Source: Candidatus Dojkabacteria bacterium (GTDB taxonomy: Bacteria > Patescibacteriota > Dojkabacteria > B142 > OLB20). Taken from it: DNA of 64,000 bases. Positions 1 through 9,572 of this stretch are shown here, in pieces (within the stretch, counting starts at the first letter, position 1; each line of letters begins with the position of its first letter). The translations under genes and the position numbers were made by a program. The notes below the pieces were generated by a model. It was not told where the DNA came from, did no database searches, and saw only the letters and a list, made by a program, of their open reading frames with translations. The stretch spans positions 95,488 to 159,487 of the forward strand of contig DAOMOX010000003.1 in assembly GCA_035444565.1 (NCBI GenBank), given 5' to 3'.

Positions 1-2
1 CC

Positions 3-254
3 ATCATAGAAAAATTACCAGATGTGAACATTTTGATAGCTGAAATTGAAGATTCGAAATTAGACAAAAAGTTACAAATTGTATCAGACATAGAACCTGA
101 CATCTTTGTGCCTCTTGTTGATAAATCTAAGTTAGAAGACATCAAAAAAGCATTGGGCGTTGCGAATATTGAATCTGTGCCTACTTTAAACGTTGCTCAA
201 AAGGACTTTGATAGTGAATCATCTGAACTATTAGTGTATTTATTAAATAACTAA
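3..254 (+). CDS. C-terminal part of a protein truncated by the window edge; possibly MBL-fold hydrolase C-terminus
   Basis: Frame open from window start to TAA 254, 3 nt before dnaB; IEPDIFVP segment resembles MBL-fold C-termini (weak). Confidence 0.4.
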   Translation: MIEKLPDVNILIAEIEDSKLDKKLQIVSDIEPDIFVPLVDKSKLEDIKKALGVANIESVPTLNVAQKDFDSESSELLVYLLNN

Positions 255-257
255 AAA

Positions 258-1574
258 TTGGAAATCAAGTTACCTCCACAAAATCTCGATGCAGAGAAAT
301 CTGTTTTAGGTGCCATTCTTCTTGACTCAGAGGCAATATATAAAATTGCAGAGATAATTACTTCCGAAGATTTCTACGACAAAACGAACGGATTAATATT
401 TAAATCCTGTATTGAGCTATTCTCTAATCAAAAAGCTGTTGACGTGTTAACGCTCTCTAGTGTTCTCAAAAAAAAGAAAAAACTAGCAGATGTTGGTGGA
501 GTAAAGTTCTTGTCGGATCTAGTAAGCAGTGTTCCTACTTCAGCACATGTTGAAGAATACGCTCGATTAGTAAAAGAAACATCCTTAAGAAGAAAAATAA
601 TTTCATTGTCATCAAATTTGGAAAGGATGTCATATGAAGAGGACAAGGAACTTTCAGAGCTTCTTGATCAAGCTGAAAAAGCACTTGTTCAAATTTCTGA
701 AACAAGTAGTAAAAGTGACTTCGTTCATATAAGTACATTACTTGAAGATGCATATGAAAGAGCAGAGGAATTGAACAAAAACCCAGGAGCAGTAAGAGGT
801 GTAGCTACTGGCTTTTTATATTTAGACAATTTACTAGGTGGATTACAAAAATCGGATTTAATTATCCTAGCCGCAAGACCATCCGTGGGTAAGACCGCGT
901 TTTCATTAGATATAGCAAGGCATGCCGCAGTTACCGATAAAAAAACAGTCGCTGTCTTTTCATTGGAAATGTCTAGTGCACAGTTGATGGATAGGTTACT
1001 CTCAATGCAAGTAGGAGTGGGCTTGTGGGATCTTAGAACCGGTAGAATCAAGGACGAATTTTTTCCAAAGATATCAGATGCTATGGGAATGCTTTCGGAA
1101 ACAAATCTTTACATTGATGATACCCCAGGTATAAGTATTATGGAGTTGAGGTCAAAAGCAAGGAAATTAAAATTAGAAAAAGGTTTGGATATGATTGTGG
1201 TTGATTATCTCCAATTGATTGTGGGGAATAATCGAGAGGGTCGGGTTCAGGAAGTGTCAGAAATATCAAGATATCTTAAGGGTATTGCTAGGGAGCTGAA
1301 TGTTCCAGTTTTAGCACTTTCACAATTAAGTCGAGCAATTGAACAAAGATCAGATGGAAATCCGATGTTGTCCGATCTTCGAGATTCCGGTTCAATCGAA
1401 CAGGATGCTGATATCGTTCTGTTTCTAAGTAGAGTAGGAGGAGATGGGGAAAATAGCGATAATAGAACACTTACCGTCGCAAAGCATAGAAATGGTCCTA
1501 CTGGTGCAGTTGAATTATTCTTTGTTAAAGAGATGGCAAGATTTAAAGAAATTGATAGATACCATCAGCAATAA
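258..1574 (+). CDS. dnaB: Replicative DNA helicase
   Basis: LPPQNLDAEKSVLGA N-terminus, Walker A AARPSVGKT, VDYLQL, LSQLSR, DLRDSGSIEQDAD, KHRNGP. Confidence 0.98.
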   Translation: MEIKLPPQNLDAEKSVLGAILLDSEAIYKIAEIITSEDFYDKTNGLIFKSCIELFSNQKAVDVLTLSSVLKKKKKLADVGGVKFLSDLVSSVPTSAHVEEYARLVKETSLRRKIISLSSNLERMSYEEDKELSELLDQAEKALVQISETSSKSDFVHISTLLEDAYERAEELNKNPGAVRGVATGFLYLDNLLGGLQKSDLIILAARPSVGKTAFSLDIARHAAVTDKKTVAVFSLEMSSAQLMDRLLSMQVGVGLWDLRTGRIKDEFFPKISDAMGMLSETNLYIDDTPGISIMELRSKARKLKLEKGLDMIVVDYLQLIVGNNREGRVQEVSEISRYLKGIARELNVPVLALSQLSRAIEQRSDGNPMLSDLRDSGSIEQDADIVLFLSRVGGDGENSDNRTLTVAKHRNGPTGAVELFFVKEMARFKEIDRYHQQ

Positions 1575-1610
1575 AAATATGTTAAATTTAATAATTATTA
1601 AATTACTTAT

Positions 1611-1949
1611 ATGACTAATCCACAAAACGCTAGTATGCCTAAAGATCAAAATGTGCTTTCATTTATGATGCAATTGGTTCAAGAAAAATATGGAGATGAG
1701 ACAGAGATAGAGTTCCTAAATCAAGAATCTGACAGACTCTACGATATGTTTGGTAATAACCTTGTAGATTATTTTGAACCTATGCTTTCTGAAGAACAGA
1801 AACTACAATTCGATCAATTAGTTGCGACCAACCCAGAACAAGAAAGACTTTTGGAATTTCTAATAACTAATATTCCAAATTTAGAACAACAAATACTTCA
1901 GGTATTGGTAAATTTCAGAAACGAATATCTAAGTACCCCACAATCTTAA
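1611..1949 (+). CDS. Hypothetical acidic helical protein
   Basis: 112-aa ORF, ATG start, co-oriented; no motif recognised. Confidence 0.7.
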   Translation: MTNPQNASMPKDQNVLSFMMQLVQEKYGDETEIEFLNQESDRLYDMFGNNLVDYFEPMLSEEQKLQFDQLVATNPEQERLLEFLITNIPNLEQQILQVLVNFRNEYLSTPQS

Positions 1950-1965
1950 TATAGCCAGTTTAACT

Positions 1966-2457
1966 ATGGCAGGTGCTCAAGCTAGCATTAACAAAATTAA
2001 GGCTGAAACGCTTACCCTAGAAAGCCAAAAACAAGAAGCAATGAAAGGTAGGGGAAAGCTAAAAGAAGCCGTTTCTGCTATGAAAAATCAACGTAATGAA
2101 ATACAGTCCAATTTAAAACGGATGTATGGAGGTCTTGACCAAATAAATGGTGCTATAAATAGCGTAAAGAACCACCCTTTGGGGCCAGACCATCCACAGG
2201 TAGCGGAACAGTTAGGCAAGTTACGTGCACAGAAAGAGCAAATTATTGGTCAAATCTCATACCTTAAAAAAGGTATGAAGGATATTGGAAATAGAATTAA
2301 TGAATATTCAGGAAAACTTGAATCATTGAATCAAAATATTGAAATGATGGGTTCTGCTGTTAGTGCTAGGAAAGCTGCCTTACAAAAGATTGCAGGGCAA
2401 ATGGCTGCCCAAATTGGTTTAAACTCAAATAGAGAATTGGGAAGAAAAAAGGGATAG
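1966..2457 (+). CDS. Hypothetical coiled-coil protein
   Basis: 163 aa with heptad-like K/Q/L/I pattern. Confidence 0.7.
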   Translation: MAGAQASINKIKAETLTLESQKQEAMKGRGKLKEAVSAMKNQRNEIQSNLKRMYGGLDQINGAINSVKNHPLGPDHPQVAEQLGKLRAQKEQIIGQISYLKKGMKDIGNRINEYSGKLESLNQNIEMMGSAVSARKAALQKIAGQMAAQIGLNSNRELGRKKG

Positions 2458-2535
2458 GGAACTATTAATTTCAGGGATTTCCCGCTATAATCGATGTACG
2501 TTTTCCATGATTAATGGTCTACTAACGTATATATT

Positions 2536-2595
2536 GCCAAGATGGCGGAATTCCTCTTCGCCCAGAATAGTCGGGCTACGAGGAACAAGTTGGTA
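2536..2595 (+). repeat. Duplicated 5' end of tRNA-Leu interrupted in the D-loop by a hairpin
   Basis: GCCAAGATGGCGGAATT (2536-2552) identical to tRNA 2602-2618, followed by hairpin CCTCTTCGCCC...GGGCTACGAGG, then TTGGTA. Confidence 0.85.
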
Positions 2596-2601
2596 AATAT
2601 A

Positions 2602-2685
2602 GCCAAGATGGCGGAATTGGTAGACGCGCCGGACTCAAAATCCGGTCCCTTCACGGGGGTGTGGGTTCGATTCCCTCTCTTGGCA
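2602..2685 (+). tRNA. tRNA-Leu(CAA), CCA not encoded
   Basis: Acceptor GCCAAGA/TCTTGGC, anticodon arm CCGGA-CTCAAAA-TCCGG, long variable arm, GGTTCGATTCC. Confidence 0.97.
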
Positions 2686-2714
2686 TGTTAAATAATTAAA
2701 GTAAACATTGTGAA

Positions 2715-3278
2715 ATGGCATATCTAGCAAGTAATTCATTAAGAGAAGGTTCTCTTTTTATTTATGACGGTCAGAAATATATCGTCTTAAAATACCAACA
2801 CATTAAAAAGGGTAGAGGACAAGCAGTCATTAGAGTCAAAGTTCAAAATATTGTCACAAGATCTAATACAGAACTCACTTTTAGTAATGAAGAAAAATTA
2901 GAAGAATTCACAGCAGAGAAGAAGTCCGCACAGTTTTTATATAGTGAAGGAGACAGTTACTACTTCATGGACAATGAAAATTTTGAACAGTACGAACTCA
3001 ACCGAGAGATTCTTGGTACAAAGGCTGATTTTCTCTACGAAGGATTGAAAGTTGTAGTTTTATTCGTAGAAGACGAACCTTTGAGCATTGATTTACCCAA
3101 ATCTGTTGTATTAGAAGTTATCGATACCGAACCTGCAGTTGCTGGTAATACAGCAACAGGAGCTTCAAAAGTCGCCAAAGTTGGGAATAATCTGAACATT
3201 CTAGTTCCGTTATTTATAAAGGTTGGAGATAAAATCAAGATTAACACAGAGACCGGGAAATATTCATCCCGCGAATAA
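2715..3278 (+). CDS. efp: Elongation factor P
   Basis: KKGRGQA loop, QFLY, YFMD, VPLFIKVGDKIKINTETGKYSSR. Confidence 0.96.
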   Translation: MAYLASNSLREGSLFIYDGQKYIVLKYQHIKKGRGQAVIRVKVQNIVTRSNTELTFSNEEKLEEFTAEKKSAQFLYSEGDSYYFMDNENFEQYELNREILGTKADFLYEGLKVVVLFVEDEPLSIDLPKSVVLEVIDTEPAVAGNTATGASKVAKVGNNLNILVPLFIKVGDKIKINTETGKYSSRE

Positions 3279-3297
3279 TATTTTTTATATTTGATAG

Positions 3298-3999
3298 ATG
3301 GTAAATTTTATTTTAGAACTCATCAGTTTTAACGAAGGAATTGATTATTCGGTAGTTACAAAGATTGTGGTTGTATATTTAGTGTTATTATGGGTTTTTG
3401 TATCTGTTTGGGTATTTAATGATGCCAAATCTAGATTTAACAATCTTTTGGTAGCAGGTATCTTGGCTTTGTTGAACTTGGTACTCTCTTTTCCATTTCT
3501 ACTGATTTATTTATTAATTAGACCCAGTCACAGAGACGAATGGGATGATTCTCCTGAAGGAGGAATCAATATTCCTGTTGCTAACTTTACTGGAAAAGAA
3601 GGGGTAGTGATTTCCTTACAGTTGAAAATCGACACTAAGAAAATTCTTGAAGAGAAGATTGATTATAATCTTGATGTAGCATTGAACAAAGAGAATGAAG
3701 AGCCCACAATTGGGAAGATTGAAATATCTGCTCAGGATGGTGCAGTTGTGAGTCTCGACAATCAAAATGATAACACTACTAATAAACGTAAATTATTACC
3801 TAATTTGAAAAGTAAAATTTCAGATATGGTTTCAAGCTTGAAAGAGAGGCTAGATAGAGATGATGATAACTATGATGATAAAGATGATGACGAAGAAGAA
3901 GATAATGATGTTAGTGAAATTAGTACAGAAAATGAGGTAATTTCTACTTCGAAAAAAAAGAAAAAAAATAAGAAAGGTAAAAAGAAAAAGAATAGATAA
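3298..3999 (+). CDS. Membrane protein with acidic tract and poly-Lys C-terminal tail
   Basis: Two N-terminal hydrophobic helices (WVFNDAKSR, IYLLIRP), D/E run, KKKKKNKKGKKKKNR end. Confidence 0.75.
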   Translation: MVNFILELISFNEGIDYSVVTKIVVVYLVLLWVFVSVWVFNDAKSRFNNLLVAGILALLNLVLSFPFLLIYLLIRPSHRDEWDDSPEGGINIPVANFTGKEGVVISLQLKIDTKKILEEKIDYNLDVALNKENEEPTIGKIEISAQDGAVVSLDNQNDNTTNKRKLLPNLKSKISDMVSSLKERLDRDDDNYDDKDDDEEEDNDVSEISTENEVISTSKKKKKNKKGKKKKNR

Positions 4000-5270
4000 T
4001 GAAAAAACCGAATTATTTTGTCAAAGAGTCCAAGTTATCAAACAATCTCCCATATACATTTATCAATGGTTTGGATGTGCAGTCGGTAACGATTATGTTA
4101 TTGGTTGCTATTGGTTCGCGACATGAAGACGAAAAGTTTTCGGGTACTGCACATTTTCTTGAACACATGTTTTTTAAAGGATCCTCAATGCACCCTACAA
4201 GTAATAAGCTTGCGATGGCGATGGAGATGTTGGGAGGGTTATCTAATGCATTCACATCATACGACTACACAGGCTACTACATAAAGGTTCCGCTGAAAAA
4301 TTTTGAAAAAGCCGTTGAATTAATTGCGGATATAATTGTAAATCCGATTTTCCGGAAAGAAGAATTTGAGAAGGAAAAAGGAGTTATAGAAGAGGAAATT
4401 CGAATGTATGATGATCTTCCTTCCGAAAAAATAAAAGATGAATTTAATAAATCATTGTTCGTTAACCATCCTCTAGGAAGAAATATTGCGGGTACTACCC
4501 ATACTTTGGCAAATATAGTAGTAGAAACAATATCGGATTTTAAGGCTAATCACTACCTACCAAAAAATATGCAATTGATTATTGCTGGTGCATTAAATGA
4601 GGATTTTGCATTACAAATTGCTGAGAAATATTTTGCACAACTGAAGGATAACAAAATTCAAGAAAAAGCTATTGCTGATTCAATAAGTCGTTTTGGAGAT
4701 TTATCTACAAAACTTTTACATATCAAAAAGAAAACAGAACAATCACACGTTGTCGTAGGAGGAATTTCTTATGAAAGGAATCACCCTCTAGAATATCCTA
4801 TGAAGATTGGTATGACACTTTTATCCGATGGATTTGGGAGTAGACTATTTCAGAATTTGAGGGAAAAGCATGGAATTGCTTATTATATTGGTGGTGGTGT
4901 GGCAACTTATGAGGACGTAGGTAAATTCTATGTCAGAGCTGGAATTGCAAATAGTTCAACACAGAAGGGGATTGATGAAGTCATTAATTCTTTCAAAGAC
5001 ATTTCCTCAGGTTCTTTTTCGCAAGAGGAGTTAGACAGAGCAAAGAATTATCACATTTCATCGATTCTAGACAATATTGAAACAGGAGAAGATAAAGCAG
5101 GATGGTATGGTATATCTAAAATATTGAATAAGAAATACAAAACCCCGGACCAACAATTGAGAGAAATTGAACTAATTACAAAAGAAGATATAATTCAGGC
5201 ATGGGAAGGCGTAATCAGAGATAGTAATATTCTTGTAGCAATTATATCCGAGAAAGATATAAAATATTAA
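3999..5270 (+). CDS. M16 family zinc peptidase
   Basis: Inverted zinc motif HFLEH, NAFTS, EKGVIEEE, SRLFQNLREKHGIAY. Confidence 0.95.
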   Translation: MKKPNYFVKESKLSNNLPYTFINGLDVQSVTIMLLVAIGSRHEDEKFSGTAHFLEHMFFKGSSMHPTSNKLAMAMEMLGGLSNAFTSYDYTGYYIKVPLKNFEKAVELIADIIVNPIFRKEEFEKEKGVIEEEIRMYDDLPSEKIKDEFNKSLFVNHPLGRNIAGTTHTLANIVVETISDFKANHYLPKNMQLIIAGALNEDFALQIAEKYFAQLKDNKIQEKAIADSISRFGDLSTKLLHIKKKTEQSHVVVGGISYERNHPLEYPMKIGMTLLSDGFGSRLFQNLREKHGIAYYIGGGVATYEDVGKFYVRAGIANSSTQKGIDEVINSFKDISSGSFSQEELDRAKNYHISSILDNIETGEDKAGWYGISKILNKKYKTPDQQLREIELITKEDIIQAWEGVIRDSNILVAIISEKDIKY

Positions 5271-5307
5271 TAAGAACGAAACATAATTAGTTTAATTTTA
5301 TTATTCG

Positions 5308-6207
5308 ATGGATTTATTTAATTATCCAAAGACTCTGGGACTGCTAATATTTGTGGTAGTTTTCACATATCTCTCTTGGAAAACATTTATCGGAAAATTC
5401 AAACACGAAAAGTTATTTGATTTTACTTTCTTGTATCTATTCTTTGGATTTCTGACAGAAAGGACTCTCTTCATTGTTACTAACTGGATAGATGTAAATA
5501 ATTTACAATGGTCTTTTGTAAGTTTTGTAAATACACTTCCAATTTCTTTGCTAAACTTCGATTTGTTTTCAGGATTCTCATTAATCTATTTTTTCATAGG
5601 GGCGATTTTTGGGATTAGTCTTTATAACTTCATAAATACCATCCAAAAAGTTGAATATAATACTCTAGATCGTATTACCAGATTGGCAATACTCTGCCTT
5701 CTACCATCAGTACTTCTGGGTATGATTTTTACTTTCATTGATACAGGTAGGAGTGGAGCAGAATTCGATATCTCTTTGTATATTCCCAACTTAGTTAGAC
5801 TTTTCGAATTTGTACTTCTATTGGCGATCTTTAATTTCTTTAATAATTTTTGGTTGGCAAAGAGTGGGTTATATACAAGCATCTCTGTATTATTTATAAC
5901 TATTGGAGAAATTATTCTTGATTATCTTGATCCTTCTTATGTTCCCAATTTTTTTGGAATTATAAATTATCACCAAATTATTGGTGTTCTCTCTATAATC
6001 CTTTCGATTAACTTGCTCCTTACTTCAATAGCAACATTACAAGAACAAGAGATTAGGAAAAAACTGAAACCACTAAAGCCGAGTATGAACAAAGGGTTTG
6101 CGATATCTTTCGCAAATCGTAGAAGAGTTTCAAATCCGATTAATATTAAAATTAAGAACCTTACATCAAATAAAAGAAAATATCGAGATTCAATAAATAG
6201 GCCATGA
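5308..6207 (+). CDS. Polytopic membrane protein, possibly divergent Lgt-like
   Basis: About 7 TM segments, overlaps lspA; canonical Lgt motifs not evident. Confidence 0.5.
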   Translation: MDLFNYPKTLGLLIFVVVFTYLSWKTFIGKFKHEKLFDFTFLYLFFGFLTERTLFIVTNWIDVNNLQWSFVSFVNTLPISLLNFDLFSGFSLIYFFIGAIFGISLYNFINTIQKVEYNTLDRITRLAILCLLPSVLLGMIFTFIDTGRSGAEFDISLYIPNLVRLFEFVLLLAIFNFFNNFWLAKSGLYTSISVLFITIGEIILDYLDPSYVPNFFGIINYHQIIGVLSIILSINLLLTSIATLQEQEIRKKLKPLKPSMNKGFAISFANRRRVSNPINIKIKNLTSNKRKYRDSINRP

Positions 6208-6611
6208 TGATATTTCTATTCTTCCTCTTTGTTGTAGATAGTGTGTTGAAGTTATACTTCGTGAATTATGGTAGTTACGTTTTAAACCCAGGAGTAGCTT
6301 TCGGTATCATTGGAGCCAATCCAGGATTGGTTCAGATTACTCATATCTTTTTAACATGTGTGTTAGTTTTATATTTGTATAAAATTGATTCTAATATTCG
6401 GGTTAAATGTTCAATATCAGCAGTGATTCTGGGCTCAATTTCAAACTTGTTAGATAGATTTATGTATAATGGGGTAGTGGATTATATCGGAGTGTGGATT
6501 TTCCCAAAGTTCAATATAGCAGATTTAATGGTAGTATTTGGTGCATTGTTACTTATAATTTTTGAATTTTATGAATATTACAAAAAAAATAAAAGTAGAG
6601 GAACATCATGA
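6204..6611 (+). CDS. lspA: Lipoprotein signal peptidase II
   Basis: NPGVAFG, GSISNLLDR, VVDYI, FNIAD motifs. Confidence 0.92.
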   Translation: MMIFLFFLFVVDSVLKLYFVNYGSYVLNPGVAFGIIGANPGLVQITHIFLTCVLVLYLYKIDSNIRVKCSISAVILGSISNLLDRFMYNGVVDYIGVWIFPKFNIADLMVVFGALLLIIFEFYEYYKKNKSRGTS

Positions 6612-7491
6612 GGGTAAGAGATTAGATTTATTTCTTGCATTTGAGTTTAACAACTTAACAAGATCAGTTGTAAAAAAACAAATAGAGTCAGGAAATGTCA
6701 AAGTTGATAATGTGATTGAATATAGACCCAATTATAAGGTTAAGAAGAATGATGAAATATTTTGCGAATTTATAATTGAGGACAAAGGTGGTGATCAAAT
6801 TGTACCTCAAGATATCCCATTGAAAATCATCTATGAAGATGAGCACTTGGTAGCAATTGATAAGCCAGTAGGAATGGTTGTACACCCATCAACATCTAAT
6901 TGGGATTCGACTTTGTTAAATGCGTTATTCTACAAATACTCCAATTTAACGGCTGTGGGAGATTCAAAAAGATCTGGTTTAATCCATAGATTAGACAAGG
7001 ATACATCCGGAATTGTTTTAGTTGGAAAAACAAACGAAGGATTATGGTATTACTCTAAATTATTCGCCGATAGAAAAATCGAAAAGACTTACTTGGCAGT
7101 CGTTAAGGGGGACTATTATGACAAATTCGGACCTGTAGAACAAATAGTCGATAACTATTTGGGGAGAAATCAAATAAATAGAAAAAAATTTGCTAAAGTT
7201 CCCCCGAGTAAAGGGAAGAAAGCCATAACAGCGATAACATTTTTAAGAACATTAGAATATCAAAGTCAAATTTATAGTCTTTTGAAGGTTATGCCCAAGA
7301 CTGGTCGAACACACCAAATCCGTGTACATCTTTCTGAACTTGGTTTTCCAATTCTGGGAGATATCATTTATGGAAAGGGGACTGCATATCCTCGACTGAT
7401 GTTGCATGCTTGGAAACTGAAGTTAAGGTTGCTGTCTGGTGAAATGACGGAATTAGAAGCTATCCCAGATGAATCATTTAACAATTTGTAA
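6571..7491 (+). CDS. rluD: RluA/RluD family pseudouridine synthase
   Basis: S4 domain RLDLFL, HRLDKDTSG, TGRTHQIRVH, LHAW; ATG 6571 preferred over TTG 6562. Confidence 0.93.
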   Translation: MNITKKIKVEEHHEGKRLDLFLAFEFNNLTRSVVKKQIESGNVKVDNVIEYRPNYKVKKNDEIFCEFIIEDKGGDQIVPQDIPLKIIYEDEHLVAIDKPVGMVVHPSTSNWDSTLLNALFYKYSNLTAVGDSKRSGLIHRLDKDTSGIVLVGKTNEGLWYYSKLFADRKIEKTYLAVVKGDYYDKFGPVEQIVDNYLGRNQINRKKFAKVPPSKGKKAITAITFLRTLEYQSQIYSLLKVMPKTGRTHQIRVHLSELGFPILGDIIYGKGTAYPRLMLHAWKLKLRLLSGEMTELEAIPDESFNNL

Positions 7492-7499
7492 TCAAAATA

Positions 7500-8753
7500 A
7501 TGTTTGGAAGAAAAATATTCAGTCTTCGGAATAGGGTAAAAAGAAAAAAGACAACAAAGTCTGGCATGAAAATCACTTCCAGCTATGTGTTTTCTGGAAT
7601 ATTTTTGACACTTCTAATAATTTTTATCGCTCTGATAACCCCTGTAGTGAATGCAATGATAAGGTTTGAACCAAATACCGACTTCGGCAATCAAGACGCT
7701 CAAAAATGGGATTACAGTCAAAAATTTAAAGTACTATTAGTCGGCTTAGATAGGAAAAGTGAAGAGCATGTTTTTGTCGATGCAGTTGCGTTACTTGTAG
7801 TAGATCCTAAGTACGATCAGGTTGGAATCGTCAATATTAATCCAGATATTATGGTTAATGATTCAATTGATGAGACACAAATCTCGTTAAGACGTGGTTT
7901 GATAGATAATAAAAATGGAAATATTGTCGGTTTAGCAGAGGAATTATTAGCGACAAAAATTGACAGATATATTTATGTGGACGAGGTATTTTTTGACAAA
8001 ATGTCGAGGTATACTAAAACTATACACCTTGATAATTCGAGTGATGTAGAAGATCTCGATATATACATAAATGATAGTTCGGCTAAGTGGCAAAAAGGTA
8101 GACACAGTATACAAAGTGGGCAAATTATGGATTACGTAAGAAGTGATAATGATGGAGAGGATAAACAACTGGAGAGACAGTTAGAATTATACAAGAGGTA
8201 TGTCCAAAGTATAGACGTCTCGAAACTCATTCTTGGAACCACTGAGGTCTTGAGAATTATTGAAGATGAGGTTAATACAAATCTCACCCGAAATGAGATC
8301 TACTATCTGTATTACTTTCTCAGAAGAGTACCTCCCACATCTTATAGTTATGCAATAACTAAAAGTGATATACTATCAGAGGTCGGACGTGCTGGTGTTT
8401 ATAATGTATACAGGTTTAATGAGGCTCAATTAGACTACAATACGAATTCGATTTTAGAAAATAAGCAGACTGTTTTTGAACAAACAACCATTGAAGTTCT
8501 AAATGCTAGTGGACAATCTGGTAGAGCAAAGAGGTATTCAAGATGGGTTGGAAATGTAGGACTGGAGGTTATTCACGTAGGTAATGCACCTTTTGCAAGC
8601 GATGATACAGTTGTTTATGCACCAAGTCCAAGTGAATATCCAAATTCGTTTAGAAATCTTAAAGAAATCTTCGGTCAGGATGTTAAAATTATTGAAGAAG
8701 AGTATGATTATAGACACATAGGGAGGGTTGTTGTAGTAATTGGAAAACAATAA
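7500..8753 (+). CDS. LCP (LytR-CpsA-Psr) family protein with LytR C-terminal domain, divergent
   Basis: N-terminal TM, VLLVGLD, C-terminal IEVLNASGQSGRA...VVVVIGK. Confidence 0.8.
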   Translation: MFGRKIFSLRNRVKRKKTTKSGMKITSSYVFSGIFLTLLIIFIALITPVVNAMIRFEPNTDFGNQDAQKWDYSQKFKVLLVGLDRKSEEHVFVDAVALLVVDPKYDQVGIVNINPDIMVNDSIDETQISLRRGLIDNKNGNIVGLAEELLATKIDRYIYVDEVFFDKMSRYTKTIHLDNSSDVEDLDIYINDSSAKWQKGRHSIQSGQIMDYVRSDNDGEDKQLERQLELYKRYVQSIDVSKLILGTTEVLRIIEDEVNTNLTRNEIYYLYYFLRRVPPTSYSYAITKSDILSEVGRAGVYNVYRFNEAQLDYNTNSILENKQTVFEQTTIEVLNASGQSGRAKRYSRWVGNVGLEVIHVGNAPFASDDTVVYAPSPSEYPNSFRNLKEIFGQDVKIIEEEYDYRHIGRVVVVIGKQ

Positions 8754-8778
8754 ATATATTAATTATTAATCAAATTAC

Positions 8779-9570
8779 ATGTCGGGACACTCTAAATGGG
8801 CGAAAATCAAAAGACAAAAAGGTGTTAATGATGTCAAAAGGGGTAATCTTTTCACCAAACTTGCAAAAAATATCACTCTAGCCGCAAAAGAGGGTGGTGG
8901 AGACATCGGAATGAACTTTACCCTCAGATTGGCAGTAGATAAAGCAAAAGTTGCCAATATGCCCTCTGACAACATACAAAGAGCAATTGACAAGGGGACT
9001 GGTAAAGGTTCTGATGGAGTAGTTTATCATAGGGTAACATACGAAGCTCTTGGTCCTGGTGGAGTTGCGGTGTTAGTGGATTGTCAGACTGACAACACGA
9101 ATCGAACTGTATCGGAAGTGAGAAATATGATTGAAACTAATGGTGGTAAGATGGCATCAACTGGTAGCATTTCTTGGCAATTTACCGAAAAAGGTTTGAT
9201 TATTGTCGGGCTCACTAAGATACTACCCAGTAAGCAATTTGGGAAAGATAACGATTATCTCTCGATTGATGCGGAGGAAGCAGAAATTGAGCTTTTTGAA
9301 ATTGAAGGTATCGAAGATTTGAACAAAGTGGAGTGGTTGGTTGAGGATGAAGAGGTTGATGCTTTTGAATTAATCACAGTTAAAGAAGATTTCAGTAAAG
9401 TATTAAAAAGTATCGAACAATTAAATTATAAGATTTTGTCAGCCGAATTAGTAAAAGTTCCAAACGAGAAAGTTGAGGTTAATGATGAAAAGACTTTAGA
9501 AAAAATTAACGATTTTGTACAAAACTTAGAAGATCACGACGATGTTGATTCAGTTTGGACAAATAATTAG
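8779..9570 (+). CDS. yebC: YebC/PmpR family protein
   Basis: MSGHSKWAKIKRQK, YEALGPGG, TDNTNRT, EDHDDVDSVWTN. Confidence 0.96.
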   Translation: MSGHSKWAKIKRQKGVNDVKRGNLFTKLAKNITLAAKEGGGDIGMNFTLRLAVDKAKVANMPSDNIQRAIDKGTGKGSDGVVYHRVTYEALGPGGVAVLVDCQTDNTNRTVSEVRNMIETNGGKMASTGSISWQFTEKGLIIVGLTKILPSKQFGKDNDYLSIDAEEAEIELFEIEGIEDLNKVEWLVEDEEVDAFELITVKEDFSKVLKSIEQLNYKILSAELVKVPNEKVEVNDEKTLEKINDFVQNLEDHDDVDSVWTNN

Positions 9571-9572
9571 TT

